64,000 bases of DNA from an uncultured Gammaproteobacteria bacterium (lineage in GTDB: Bacteria > Cyanobacteriota > Vampirovibrionia > Gastranaerophilales > UBA9971), in NCBI GenBank assembly GCA_964558005.1, contig CAZLCO010000006.1, forward strand, positions 563 to 64,562, in the 5' to 3' direction. The notes beneath the pieces were generated by a model. The model did not search any database. It saw only the letters and a list, made by a program, of their open reading frames with translations, and was not told where the DNA came from. The translations under genes were made by a program, and so were the position numbers. This document shows, in pieces, positions 12,121 to 22,219 of the stretch. Position 1 is the first letter of the stretch; every line of letters starts with the position of its first letter.

Positions 12121-12666
12121 CTAATATTTAGCGTGAGGAGCTAATTTAAATTTATATAAAATTGTTATACAGGTATCGCCGTATTTTTTAGCCTTATAAA
12201 TCTCAAACTCGCTTGCAATATTGACGTTGCAGTCATGCTCAACCACTATAAACCCGCCTTCATTTAAAATATTTTTCTGCTTAATTTTGTTTAGAACAGG
12301 TTCATACAACCTTGAAATATACGGCGGGTCGATGAATATAAAATCAAATTTTTCTTCAGCCATCCTGTCAAGTATTTTCAAGGCATCGCCGACCATTAAA
12401 TTTATTCTGGATTCGGCAATAGCAAGGTTTTGTCTTAAGATTTTAACAACTTCAGGGCTTTTTTCAACGCAAATAACCTCCACTGCCCCCCGGCTCAACG
12501 CTTCTAATGACATTATCCCGCTGCCTGCAAACAAATCAAGCACCCGCATCCCCTCAACATTTATCATGTTGAAAATGCTTTCCCTTATTTTTGAGGAAGT
12601 GGGGCGGACTTTGTCTTTTGGAGTTTTTAGTCTGCGGCCTTTGTATTTTCCGGCGGTGATTTGCAT
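12121..12666 (-). CDS. rsmD: 16S rRNA (guanine966-N2)-methyltransferase
   Basis: 181 aa with N-terminal GKYKGRRLKTP..VRPTSSKIRE and an FIDPPY motif. Directly abuts the glyS stop. Confidence 0.88.
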   Translation of the reverse strand: MQITAGKYKGRRLKTPKDKVRPTSSKIRESIFNMINVEGMRVLDLFAGSGIMSLEALSRGAVEVICVEKSPEVVKILRQNLAIAESRINLMVGDALKILDRMAEEKFDFIFIDPPYISRLYEPVLNKIKQKNILNEGGFIVVEHDCNVNIASEFEIYKAKKYGDTCITILYKFKLAPHAKY

Positions 12667-14670
12667 TTAATATACAATTTTTCCAAAATCCGCAATGCGC
12701 ATAAATTTTTCGTTTAAAAAGCCGAGCAGGTTAATCCTGTTCTGTTTTATAGCTTCGTTCTTGTCCATAACCAGCACATCATCAAAAAACTTCTCGATAG
12801 CGGGGATTATGCCCTCAAGTTCAGAAACCAGCACATTATAGTCGCCTGATTGACCAATGTTTTGAGCTTTTTCCCACAGTGCTTTTTCTGCTTCGTCTTT
12901 TAACAATGAATTATCCGGGCTGCCTGTAATGTTCTGGCCTTTTATAATACGCTGTATGCGGTTTGCTGACTCGTGAAAAGCTTTATATGAATCTTTTTGC
13001 ATAAGCTCAGTAACTATATCCGCTCTTTTTATAACATCTTTGAGATCGATTAGCGGGTCTTTCGCTTCCAGCACCGCATCCACAACATCATATTTATATT
13101 TTTCATTAAGTAATATCCTGAACCTCTGGATAAAAAAGTCCTTGATATCATTATTTTCAATAAATTTTGATAAATTAAGGTTTAAATCTTTTTCTATGAT
13201 GGTTTTTATTATACCGAGAGCCGCACGCCTGAGCCCCAGCGGGTCAGCCGAGCCGGTCGGAGCTTTCCCCAAACTGAACACACCGATTATGGTGTCGAGT
13301 TTGTCCGCAATACCTACTACCTGGCCGGTTATAGTATCAGCGAGTTCGCCATCTGCTGATACCGGCATATAATGCTCTTTTACTCCTTCGCAGACTGTGC
13401 TGTCCTCGTTACTTAATCTTGCATAGTCAGCGCCGATTATGCCCTGCAGTTCAGTGAACTCCCGCACGAGGTTGGTAACAAGGTCAGCCTTGCATAGCCA
13501 TGCTGTACGCTGAATTTTCCCTTTTGTATCTTCATCAATACCGAGTTCATCAGATATTTTTCCTGATAATTCCTGCACCCTGATGGTTTTATCATATACC
13601 GTGCCAAGCCCTTTTTGGAATGTTACGCCTTTTAGCTCTTCAACTTTTTCAGAAAGCGGCTTTTTAATGTCTTCCTTATAGAAAAATATCGCATCATCAA
13701 GCCTCGCCTTGACGACCTTTTCATTGCCTTTTCTGATGTTTTCTATGTTTGTTTTTTCGTGATTGGCTATGGTTATAAAATAGTTCATTAGCCTGCCGGA
13801 ATCATCATAAACCGGGAAATATCTCTGGTGATAGGCCAGAACAGAAACCGTCACATCGGTTGTGACTTCCAGATACTTCTCGTCAAAGCTGCCTATAACC
13901 GGGGTTGGCCATTCTACCAGGTTGTTGACCTCTTCAATCAATTCAAGGTCTATTTTAGCTATTCCTCCTACTGATGAAGCCACATCCTGAATCTGATGCA
14001 TTATTTCTTCATGACGTTTATCTCCGTCTGCAATGACTTTTGCACCGTACAGATCATCTAAATATGTATCAGGATTTTGTATTTTTACAATTTTTTGTTC
14101 GGAAAACCTGTGTCCATGGGATTCATCAGTTGATTCTACTCCGCCGATATTTATTTTTACCTGTTTATCGTCCAAAATAGATACCAGCCACCTTATCGGG
14201 CGAGAAAACTTAATTTCCAGATCTCCCCATCTCATAAAATAAGAGCCCTGCATCTTTAAAATAATATCAGGAATTACAGCCTGCAGGACTTCTTGAGTTG
14301 ATTTGCCTTTTTCTTCAACCGAGGCCCACAGGTATTCCGTGTCATCAATTATTTTTTTTGACAAGTCCTCAGGGTTCAACCCCTGTTTTTTTGCGAAACC
14401 AAGTCCAGCTTTGCTCAGTTGTCCGTTTTCGTCAAAGGCAATTTTGGCCGGTGGGCCTTTTATTTCTTTTACTAAATCCGGCTGGTTTTCTGCTATATCC
14501 TCTACAATAACGCACAGTCTTCTTGGCGTGCCATAGGTTTTAATATTTTTAAACTCAATCCTTGTTTCTTTCAGTGCATCAGAGAAAGCCTGTTTAAGCT
14601 GGTTTTGTCCTGATGTAACAAAGCTGTACGGTAGTTCTTCTGTTCCTATTTCAAGTAAATATTTATTCAT
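12667..14670 (-). CDS. glyS: Glycine--tRNA ligase beta subunit
   Basis: 667 aa with full-length GlyS-typical sequence (LLEIGTEELP, RRLCV, ADPLGLRRAALGI). Confidence 0.92.
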   Translation of the reverse strand: MNKYLLEIGTEELPYSFVTSGQNQLKQAFSDALKETRIEFKNIKTYGTPRRLCVIVEDIAENQPDLVKEIKGPPAKIAFDENGQLSKAGLGFAKKQGLNPEDLSKKIIDDTEYLWASVEEKGKSTQEVLQAVIPDIILKMQGSYFMRWGDLEIKFSRPIRWLVSILDDKQVKINIGGVESTDESHGHRFSEQKIVKIQNPDTYLDDLYGAKVIADGDKRHEEIMHQIQDVASSVGGIAKIDLELIEEVNNLVEWPTPVIGSFDEKYLEVTTDVTVSVLAYHQRYFPVYDDSGRLMNYFITIANHEKTNIENIRKGNEKVVKARLDDAIFFYKEDIKKPLSEKVEELKGVTFQKGLGTVYDKTIRVQELSGKISDELGIDEDTKGKIQRTAWLCKADLVTNLVREFTELQGIIGADYARLSNEDSTVCEGVKEHYMPVSADGELADTITGQVVGIADKLDTIIGVFSLGKAPTGSADPLGLRRAALGIIKTIIEKDLNLNLSKFIENNDIKDFFIQRFRILLNEKYKYDVVDAVLEAKDPLIDLKDVIKRADIVTELMQKDSYKAFHESANRIQRIIKGQNITGSPDNSLLKDEAEKALWEKAQNIGQSGDYNVLVSELEGIIPAIEKFFDDVLVMDKNEAIKQNRINLLGFLNEKFMRIADFGKIVY

Positions 14671-14693
14671 ATCCTTATCCTGATAAAGAAAAA

Positions 14694-14766
14694 TGCGCCA
14701 TCTGCGATTCGAACGCAGGACCTATCCCTTAAAAGGGGAGTGCTCTACCTGCTGAGCTAATGGCGC
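14694..14766 (-). tRNA. tRNA-Lys (anticodon UUU), no encoded CCA
   Basis: The reverse complement folds as acceptor GCGCCAT/ATGGCGC, anticodon loop CTTTTAA and T arm CTGCG-TTCGAAT-CGCAG. Confidence 0.9.
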
Positions 14767-14959
14767 ACTTCATATATAAATAAAAAGTTTATTAAATTTC
14801 TTTAACGTAAGTATAAAATACCAACAGTAAAAAGCTAAGTCAAGCCCAAAAAACAGTAGTTGAAAATTCTTTTGTAAAAATTTCTTAACAAGTTATCAAG
14901 AATTTTTTTAGGGGATTTATTTGAATAGTAGAAAAAGAAAAAGTAAAGGAGTTTTAAAT

Positions 14960-15469
14960 ATGTTAAACAATAACATCAATTCAAGTCTGTATGCCCCTGC
15001 TTTTGGCAGAGCGGCTGTAGGAACAGACACATATGAAAGAGCAAAAGCAGTAAAAAAACATCTAAAAAAAGAATTTCCAGGATTTAAAACAACTAGAATA
15101 GAAAGTCAACAAATAGGAAGATCTCCAGAAGACCTGGTTTATACCTTTAATTACGATGGCCCAGCTGCTGCAAATGTATGGCTCAAAAGAATGCCTGAAT
15201 TAAACCAGGGAGAAGAATTAAACGCACTGGAAAAAGCTTTAAAAGAAGAAAGACAAGCCGCAGAAAAATTAAAAAATGAATTCCCTGATATTCGAATTGA
15301 ACAGGTTATTCCTATTACCACAGTTACAGGTACTAAAAAAACCTATCAGCAAAGAATTGACGATTATAATAAAGAACATACAAAAGCAGTAGAGGAGAAA
15401 GAATTATCCGAGGACGAATACATAAAAGTGGTCAAAAAACCATTCGAAACAGCTCGTTATGATAATTAA
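14960..15469 (+). CDS. Hypothetical protein
   Basis: ATG at 14960 follows AAGGAG, so it is preferred over the TTG at 14921. 169 aa, lysine/glutamate-rich, no family recognised. Confidence 0.5.
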   Translation: MLNNNINSSLYAPAFGRAAVGTDTYERAKAVKKHLKKEFPGFKTTRIESQQIGRSPEDLVYTFNYDGPAAANVWLKRMPELNQGEELNALEKALKEERQAAEKLKNEFPDIRIEQVIPITTVTGTKKTYQQRIDDYNKEHTKAVEEKELSEDEYIKVVKKPFETARYDN

Positions 15470-15508
15470 GTTTAATAAATTATAAAAAATAAAATAATTA
15501 AACCTCTT

Positions 15509-16795
15509 TTAAATCGGTGAAGCATTCATAATTGTCTGCTCTCGGCCGGGACCAACACTGATAATAGATACAGGCACACCTGTAACTTCTTCAACTCTTG
15601 ATATAAACTTACGAGCGTTTTCAGGAAGTTCTGAAATTTTTCTACATGACGATATGTCCTGCTTCCAGCCGGGCTTTGTTTCATAAACCGGCTCAAGGTG
15701 TTCATGCAAACTTATATTTGTCGGGTAATGCTCATATACAGTCCCATTTCTGCGGTCCTTGTATGCGGTGCAGATTTTTATTTCGTCAAAATCGTCAAAA
15801 ACATCAATTTTAGTAATAGCAATGTCTGTAAGTCCGTTAATAAGGGCGCTATATCTGGCCACAACGGAGTCAAACCAGCCGCATCTTCTTTTTCTGCCTG
15901 TGGTAGTGCCGAATTCCTTACCTACCTTCTGGAGTTTTTCGCCTTCTTCATTAGTAAGCTCGGTTACAAAAGGTCCTTCTCCGACTCTTGTTACATAGGC
16001 CTTAAAAACACCTATTGCTTTATGGATATTTGTAAAACCAACTCCACTGCCGATAGAAGCATTTGCAGCGATGGGGTTTGAGCTGGTAACATAAGGATAT
16101 GTGCCGTGGTCAATATCGAGCATGGCCCCCTGGGCTCCCTCAAACAGAATGGTTTTGTTTTCAGAAAGCATTTTCCTTATAATTTCAAACGGGTCTTTTA
16201 CATACGGTTTTAAATAATCCGCATATTTTCGGCAGAATTGGATTATTTCAAATTTATTAAACCCTGCTTTGCCAAAATAATTGAATATGGCATTTTTTTG
16301 CGGCAGTATCATGTCCAGTTTTCTGCTTAAAACTTCTTCATCATATATATCCTCGATGCGAATACCTATCCTGCCGATTTTATCAACATAAGTCGGGCCT
16401 ATGCCTCTTTTTGTCGTACCGATTTTGCTGTTTCCGAGAGATTCTTCGGTCATCTCATCGAGCGCAATATGATATGGCAGCGTAACATGCGCTGCGGGAC
16501 TTACTACTAAACCTGATGTATCTATTCCTTTTTCTTTGAGGTTATCGATTTCACCGGTTAAAACTTCCGGGTTAATGACTGTGCCGTTGCCGATAAGACA
16601 TAATTTGCCGGGGTAGAGTATACCTGAAGGCACAAGGTGGAATTTATAAGTCTGATCATTTGCTACAACTGTGTGTCCGGCATTGCACCCACCCTGATAT
16701 CTTATTATTATGTCAGCTTTTTCGGATAAAAGATCAATAATCTTTGCTTTTCCTTCATCTCCCCATTGCCCCCCGACTATTACGACATTTGTCAC
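15509..16795 (-). CDS. purA: Adenylosuccinate synthetase
   Basis: 428 aa with the GGQWGDEGKAK P-loop, GNGTVINP and TTKRGIGPTY motifs. Confidence 0.95.
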   Translation of the reverse strand: MTNVVIVGGQWGDEGKAKIIDLLSEKADIIIRYQGGCNAGHTVVANDQTYKFHLVPSGILYPGKLCLIGNGTVINPEVLTGEIDNLKEKGIDTSGLVVSPAAHVTLPYHIALDEMTEESLGNSKIGTTKRGIGPTYVDKIGRIGIRIEDIYDEEVLSRKLDMILPQKNAIFNYFGKAGFNKFEIIQFCRKYADYLKPYVKDPFEIIRKMLSENKTILFEGAQGAMLDIDHGTYPYVTSSNPIAANASIGSGVGFTNIHKAIGVFKAYVTRVGEGPFVTELTNEEGEKLQKVGKEFGTTTGRKRRCGWFDSVVARYSALINGLTDIAITKIDVFDDFDEIKICTAYKDRRNGTVYEHYPTNISLHEHLEPVYETKPGWKQDISSCRKISELPENARKFISRVEEVTGVPVSIISVGPGREQTIMNASPI

Positions 16796-16857
16796 AATTT
16801 ATCTCCTTATTTACCCCGAAAGTAGTATAAGGTAATAGTTTTTGCAGGTCAAATTTA

Positions 16858-17925
16858 TTACGCCACCCTTTGTCTTTTTTTCTTGTGTTTTGCAATTAAT
16901 CTTGCAAAAGCCGGAAGGCGTTCGTGGTCATGAGGAATAAGCGGCTTTGTAGCTGTAAATAAGAATTCAGAAAATGGCCCATGCTCTTTTATTTTTGGAA
17001 GCTTGTTTACAACTGCAATATTAAAAGCCCTTTCTCCTATTTTTTCCCATTTTTTATCTACAAAAAGACCGGCATCAGGTTCCAGGGTTTGAAGCTCTGT
17101 AATGGCTCTTTCAGTCTGTTCTTTTCCTGCCCGTCTTTTTATCGGAGCAAGTATATGTTTTTCCCAGAATTTTTTGGTGTCTTTCATTGCCTTTCTTATT
17201 GCTTCTTTGAAGGCGGATTTTCCGGTTGCGGCCTTTGTCGCTTCATCACGCAGGCTGCCTGCATAGTCCAGATTGACAAACCCGTGTGAGCGCCTGATTT
17301 CATTCCACCATGTCTTTGGATTCCATAAATTAAATTCTCTTGTTGGGACATTTCTATATGACTTATAGATATTATTTAGCCCCCTATCGGGAATGAGTCC
17401 AAATTGATTAATTTTTAATTTACGTACAAAGTTTATCCCCTTTGTTGTAAGTTCTGTAGGTAATCCAAACCTGCAGGAATAAATATCAGCTGGTAAAGCC
17501 TTTTTGCCTGTAATCATTTTTAGCGTTAATTTCCATTCCGGGTCCATAATGTGCGAGCGTGCGTCCTGAATAGTATGAGATATTCTTCCGAGAGAGTATG
17601 CTATTTTAACGGCAACTGTATCTTTTAGTTTTTTTGTTTTGGCAAGATGCCTTGCTTTTCTTTCCGGGTCTTGAATTTGTGCTATTTTTTTTTCCAGTTC
17701 AACAATTTTTGAAAATTTTCTGATTTTTTTCTGGATATATTTTTTTGTCATCTTAACAAATTGAACGCCTGCGTTAATATCTACAGTAAAATGCTGCTGC
17801 GGGAAATGGTGGATATCAGCCCTGGAAGATGCACCTGATGCAATCCTTAATAAAGGCCTGGATAGGGGAGTCTTGCTTTTATTAAGTGCCTCACGGGTCA
17901 TTATTATGTGTAAAAAAGGCTGCAT
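16858..17925 (-). CDS. Hypothetical basic protein, operonic with the PTP-like phosphatase
   Basis: 355-aa ORF starting 12 nt after the upstream gene. Lys/Arg-rich with His-containing motifs (HHFPQQH, SHTIQDARSH). No family recognised. Confidence 0.55.
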   Translation of the reverse strand: MQPFLHIIMTREALNKSKTPLSRPLLRIASGASSRADIHHFPQQHFTVDINAGVQFVKMTKKYIQKKIRKFSKIVELEKKIAQIQDPERKARHLAKTKKLKDTVAVKIAYSLGRISHTIQDARSHIMDPEWKLTLKMITGKKALPADIYSCRFGLPTELTTKGINFVRKLKINQFGLIPDRGLNNIYKSYRNVPTREFNLWNPKTWWNEIRRSHGFVNLDYAGSLRDEATKAATGKSAFKEAIRKAMKDTKKFWEKHILAPIKRRAGKEQTERAITELQTLEPDAGLFVDKKWEKIGERAFNIAVVNKLPKIKEHGPFSEFLFTATKPLIPHDHERLPAFARLIAKHKKKRQRVA

Positions 17926-17936
17926 AGCTTTTTAAA

Positions 17937-18650
17937 TTAAACTCTCCTTTCCGCCGGAACCTGTCCTTTTAAAACAGGAAATAAATACTCCCTGTATCCG
18001 ATTTCCCGCATTTCTTCTACGGCTTCTTCCGATGTGGCAAGGCCTTTATTTACTTTATATCTGGCAGAATAAAATCCTGTGCGGTCTGAACCATGCCTAC
18101 AACAGAAATAACCTGTTTTCCCTTCTTCTTCCAGCCGTCGAACTACATTATCAACTCTTTCCAGCGCATCTTTTGTCGCTCCTTTTGAAGCGTTTGTAGG
18201 AATATTTATAAATTCCATTCCCCGGGCTTCAGCAGCTTGCTTCATTTTTTCTATGCGTTTAGGCGGCAATATCTGAAAATTTATTATTGCGTCTACTTTT
18301 CTTTTAGCAAGTTCATCAAATTTCTTTGTAGAAGGAGTAGGGCCCCTGAGCATTTTGCCGGGTTCGACCGCCAATATTTTTTCCGGGTTAAATTTTTTAA
18401 AATTCGGCATTCTGTCCCAAATATTTGCAAGAAAATCTCGTGATGCTTTTTTGCTGAGCACTGTTTTTCTTAACCCTATGTGCAAGTAGTCCCTTGGCTT
18501 CAAAACCATAGGAGTAACGGTTTCAATCATTACCGCCGGTCTTGCTGAAAATGCCGGCCTCCTTGAAGGAGTTCTAAGGTCTATACTTTGCCCTGTATTA
18601 ATATAAATTTTGCCTGCATGATTAATCAACGTCAATAATTTCCATACCAT
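17937..18650 (-). CDS. Cysteine-based (PTP-loop) phosphatase, atypical dual-specificity type
   Basis: 237 aa with a CX5R(S/T) signature, CRHGSDRTG, near the C-terminus. Confidence 0.7.
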   Translation of the reverse strand: MVWKLLTLINHAGKIYINTGQSIDLRTPSRRPAFSARPAVMIETVTPMVLKPRDYLHIGLRKTVLSKKASRDFLANIWDRMPNFKKFNPEKILAVEPGKMLRGPTPSTKKFDELAKRKVDAIINFQILPPKRIEKMKQAAEARGMEFINIPTNASKGATKDALERVDNVVRRLEEEGKTGYFCCRHGSDRTGFYSARYKVNKGLATSEEAVEEMREIGYREYLFPVLKGQVPAERRV

Positions 18651-18700
18651 CTCTAATTTATATGGAATAACAAAAGTATTAGGGAAATATTAGAAAATAA

Positions 18701-19018
18701 TTATACGCCTGTATTTTCATCTATCCATTTTAAAAAACCTTCCAGCCCGGCCTCTACCGGCAGCATAAGAATTGCGGGGAGTTCATAGGAGTGGTTTTTC
18801 AAAATAGAACTTTTAACCGCTTCAAACAGTTCCTGTTTTGTTTTGATAAGTATTAAATATTCCCCGTCCTCGCACACTTCACCTTTCCATTCATAAACCG
18901 ATGTTACGTTTTGGATTATATTTGCGCAGGCGGCGAGTTTCTTGCCCACGAGGGCATGGGTAATTTTCTTTGCTTCTTCGATATTTGATGTCAGGGTATA
19001 AACTATACAATATTTCAT
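18701..19018 (-). CDS. cutA: Divalent-cation tolerance protein CutA
   Basis: 105 aa, full-length CutA1-like (LAACANI..VTSVYEWKGE...YELP). Confidence 0.88.
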   Translation of the reverse strand: MKYCIVYTLTSNIEEAKKITHALVGKKLAACANIIQNVTSVYEWKGEVCEDGEYLILIKTKQELFEAVKSSILKNHSYELPAILMLPVEAGLEGFLKWIDENTGV

Positions 19019-19020
19019 AC

Positions 19021-19365
19021 TTATTCTTCTATATCTTTTAATATTTTTGAGATTTGCTCTTTTACAAAAGTTAAATCGTCTTTTAATGTGTCCCAGACTA
19101 ATTTTTTATCAATTCCAAAATATTCATGAATTACTGTATTTCTAAATCCAATTATCTGATACCAGGGAATTTCAGGATAATTCTTTCTTATTTCATCTGG
19201 GATATGCCTTATTGCTTCTCCGATTATTTCTAAAGCCCTGACTGTTGCCATAAATGTTTTTTCATCATTAATAAAATCGTTAAAATTCATACCTTTTGTA
19301 AAGCTGCGAGCTTTGTCAGCATATTCCAGAACATCCTTTAGAAAAAAAAGATAATTCCTTTTCAT
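19021..19365 (-). CDS. hepT: HepT-like HEPN ribonuclease toxin (DUF86)
   Basis: 114 aa with the HEPN Rx4H motif (GFRNTVIHEY). Overlaps the upstream nucleotidyltransferase gene by 4 nt. Confidence 0.85.
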   Translation of the reverse strand: MKRNYLFFLKDVLEYADKARSFTKGMNFNDFINDEKTFMATVRALEIIGEAIRHIPDEIRKNYPEIPWYQIIGFRNTVIHEYFGIDKKLVWDTLKDDLTFVKEQISKILKDIEE

Positions 19366-19661
19366 ACGTAAATAACCTCATTAAGAATATCTTTTTCAAG
19401 AGCTGGATGAATTCCCCTTTTGGAAACAAGGTCAATTTTTTTATTAAATATCTTGCTTAAAAAAAGTTGTAGGCCTGAAAATTTCAGGAGTCCAACTGTA
19501 GCATTCTGGTCAAAACTTACAAGTACATCTATATCGCTGGTTTCAGTTTGTTCATTTCTTGCATAAGATCCAAAAACCCCAAGTTCCTCGACAAAATATT
19601 CTTTTTCCAGGTCGGGCTTAAGTTCTTTTAGTTTTTGTATAACTTCTTGCAGGTCTTTCAT
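19362..19661 (-). CDS. mntA: MntA-like minimal nucleotidyltransferase antitoxin
   Basis: GVFGSYARNEQTETSDIDVLV (GS-x10-DxD) motif. ATG at 19661 is preferred over TTG at 19670. Confidence 0.85.
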   Translation of the reverse strand: MKDLQEVIQKLKELKPDLEKEYFVEELGVFGSYARNEQTETSDIDVLVSFDQNATVGLLKFSGLQLFLSKIFNKKIDLVSKRGIHPALEKDILNEVIYV

Positions 19662-19707
19662 GATAAACAATTATACCATTTTTGCCTTAATAAATTATAA
19701 TTTTCAT

Positions 19708-21381
19708 ATGAGAATAATTTTATCCATTTTAGCATTATTTTTAATTTTGACTTTACCGGTGCAGTGCGGGGAACTCGCCGAGCAGTACGCCTCAACCCGC
19801 ACAGACGGAGTTATAAGAGTCGGCATAAGCTCAAATGATTTCAGTAAGCTTGATTATAAAGAAATAAGCCTTTTTTCTGACGGAAATCTAAGGATTTTTG
19901 ATAAGTTTTTTAACGCAAAAATCGGCGAAATCGCACCCGGTAAAATAATAAAGTTTGAAATAAAAGAAACTTCCTTTAAAATTTACGTGAACGATAAAGA
20001 ATTTAAAAGCTGTGTTTTCGGCCCGATATTAGTAGAGCCAACGAGCGAAACCCCGATAAACGTGGTCGGACTCAAAAGAAAAGGACAGCAGGCCGCATAT
20101 AGGGGTACGTTTGAGATAACAAGGGTTCCCGGCAAGAAAGGCAAATTCTCTCTGGTAAATATACTCCCGCTGGAAGACTACCTTAAAGGTGTTGTCCCAA
20201 ACGAATTGCCGCCTTATTTTGGAATGGAAGCTTCAAAGGCGCAGGCAATTGCCGCCCGGAACTATGCAATCAGGCCTCGGGTCAAGATATATCCTCACTT
20301 TGATGTGTGCGATTCTGTTAAATCGCAGGTGTATTTTGGGTATAACACGGAAAAACCCGAATCAAATACCGCAATAGAAGAGACCAAAGGGCTGGTCGCA
20401 CTGCACTACGGCGAAGTAATTATTGCCTTATACAGTTCAGCCGCCGGGGGATATACAGAAAATTTTGAAAACGCATTTGCAGAACCGGGAGGCGGGGCTT
20501 TTCCGGCAACACCGCTGCCTTATCTAAAAGGAAAGCCTGATATAGAGGGCACTCCGGTTTTGAACGATGAAAAAGCGGCAAGAGATTTTTATACAACAAA
20601 ACCCGCTGAGGCGTTTGATGTAAATTCCGGATATTTCAGGTGGACAAGGGAATGGACAGGCGAGGAATTAAGACGGGTTTTGAATGATTCCTTTAACCAT
20701 TACACCTGGTGCGAATTAATTGAACCAAGGCCAAAAGGCGGCATGGATATAGGGAAAATAAAGCGTGTAGACGTGATTTCCAGAGGCGTATCAGGCAAAG
20801 CTATAGCAATATCTGTTAAAACCTCAAAAGGCGAATGGATAATCAAGAAGGAGCTTTTTATACGGCGGATTTTCAAAAACAACGGCAAAGCACTCCCAAG
20901 CGCAAACCTTGTGTTTAATAACTATACAGACAAAGACGGCTATCTGGTGAGACTGGAAGCGTTCGGCGGAGGGTTTGGCCATGGCGTAGGGATGAGCCAG
21001 CACGGGGCAAGTTATATGTCAAAGAAGGGCCATTCGTTTGATGAAATTTTGCAGCACTACTATGACAGCATTGCTATCGGGACATGGCCGGTTTATCTGG
21101 CGGCGGAGTATATTACCCCGCCGATAAAACAGGAATTTGCTTCTCCGAATAAAAAAGCTGACCTGTTAATAGAAAATTGTGAAGAGGTAGAAGAATTTAC
21201 TTTTAAAATAAACTCAAAAACAATAACCCTTGACAGAAAAGATTTAAAAGAAGAAAAAACAAGGATTTCTCTGAATAAATATCTGGAAGATGTCAATGAA
21301 ATAGTCTATTACCCGCTGAAAAATGAGGAAGAAGGCCGTAGTTTAAGAGTATGGGTGGAGGTTTTTGATAAGAAGCAGTAA
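19708..21381 (+). CDS. SpoIID/LytB domain-containing protein (secreted)
   Basis: ATG at 19708 gives a signal-peptide-like N-terminus (MRIILSILALFLILTLPVQC). SpoIID core is present (YLKGVVPNELP...EASKAQAIAARNYA, GFGHGVGMSQHGA). Confidence 0.85.
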   Translation: MRIILSILALFLILTLPVQCGELAEQYASTRTDGVIRVGISSNDFSKLDYKEISLFSDGNLRIFDKFFNAKIGEIAPGKIIKFEIKETSFKIYVNDKEFKSCVFGPILVEPTSETPINVVGLKRKGQQAAYRGTFEITRVPGKKGKFSLVNILPLEDYLKGVVPNELPPYFGMEASKAQAIAARNYAIRPRVKIYPHFDVCDSVKSQVYFGYNTEKPESNTAIEETKGLVALHYGEVIIALYSSAAGGYTENFENAFAEPGGGAFPATPLPYLKGKPDIEGTPVLNDEKAARDFYTTKPAEAFDVNSGYFRWTREWTGEELRRVLNDSFNHYTWCELIEPRPKGGMDIGKIKRVDVISRGVSGKAIAISVKTSKGEWIIKKELFIRRIFKNNGKALPSANLVFNNYTDKDGYLVRLEAFGGGFGHGVGMSQHGASYMSKKGHSFDEILQHYYDSIAIGTWPVYLAAEYITPPIKQEFASPNKKADLLIENCEEVEEFTFKINSKTITLDRKDLKEEKTRISLNKYLEDVNEIVYYPLKNEEEGRSLRVWVEVFDKKQ

Positions 21382-21399
21382 AATGTTATAATCTAAAAC

Positions 21400-21684
21400 A
21401 TGAGAAAAAAAGCTGATATTTTTAAAACATTTGAAATGTTTAACAGGGAAAGCTTGAATTTTTTCAGGGACAGGCTTGTTGAAATAGTCCTGATTGAAGC
21501 TGATAATATTTTTGCCCGGGCAAATAAAAAAATGTTTGATGTTGATTTTAAAAAAAATAATTCTGTGCAAATATCAGTATTTAACGATAAACCTACATAT
21601 GACCTTCTGGCGAATACCTGGAGGAGGAAGAAGCAGTTAAAAGCCGATGACAAAGATAACCAGAGCAGAATTTTTAACCAGTAG
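21400..21684 (+). CDS. Hypothetical small protein (uncertain)
   Basis: 94-aa ORF overlapping the engB start by 38 nt, with no recognisable family. Antisense ORFs of similar size also exist here. Confidence 0.3.
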   Translation: MRKKADIFKTFEMFNRESLNFFRDRLVEIVLIEADNIFARANKKMFDVDFKKNNSVQISVFNDKPTYDLLANTWRRKKQLKADDKDNQSRIFNQ

Positions 21685-22219
21685 CCCCTCGCTAAAAGAC
21701 TGCCCGGATTACGGGCTGCCGGAAGTGCCGCTTATTGGCCGTTCTAACGTGGGTAAGTCGTCATTTATAAATGCCCTTACTAACAGGAAAAACCTTGCTC
21801 ATACCAGTAACACGCCCGGAAAGACAAGGCTTATAAACTTTTATAACCTGAATGATGTGTTTATAATCGCTGATTTGCCGGGGTATGGATATGCTAAAGT
21901 TTCCAAAACCGAGCAGCAGAAGTGGCAGAAGAACCTTGAGGAGTATCTTTTAAAAAGAAACACAATAAAATGTGTTGTGCAGTTAATAGACGCGAGGCAT
22001 GATGTGCAGAAAAACGATATTCAGATGCGGGAATGGCTTGAGTATTATAAATTTTCAATCATTACAGTCGCAACAAAAGCGGATACCCTGGCTAAAAATA
22101 AAATTAACAGTTCAGTAATACACATATCAAAGGTTTTCAATACAGAAGTTATCGGCTTTTCCGCAAAAACCGGACTGGGCAAGGACAAGGTTTTAAAAGA
22201 ACTCGATAAGTTTAGGTAA
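21647..22219 (+). CDS. engB: Ribosome biogenesis GTP-binding protein YsxC/EngB
   Basis: 190 aa with G1 GRSNVGKSS, TPGKT and DLPGYGY motifs. Confidence 0.92.
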   Translation: MTKITRAEFLTSSPSLKDCPDYGLPEVPLIGRSNVGKSSFINALTNRKNLAHTSNTPGKTRLINFYNLNDVFIIADLPGYGYAKVSKTEQQKWQKNLEEYLLKRNTIKCVVQLIDARHDVQKNDIQMREWLEYYKFSIITVATKADTLAKNKINSSVIHISKVFNTEVIGFSAKTGLGKDKVLKELDKFR

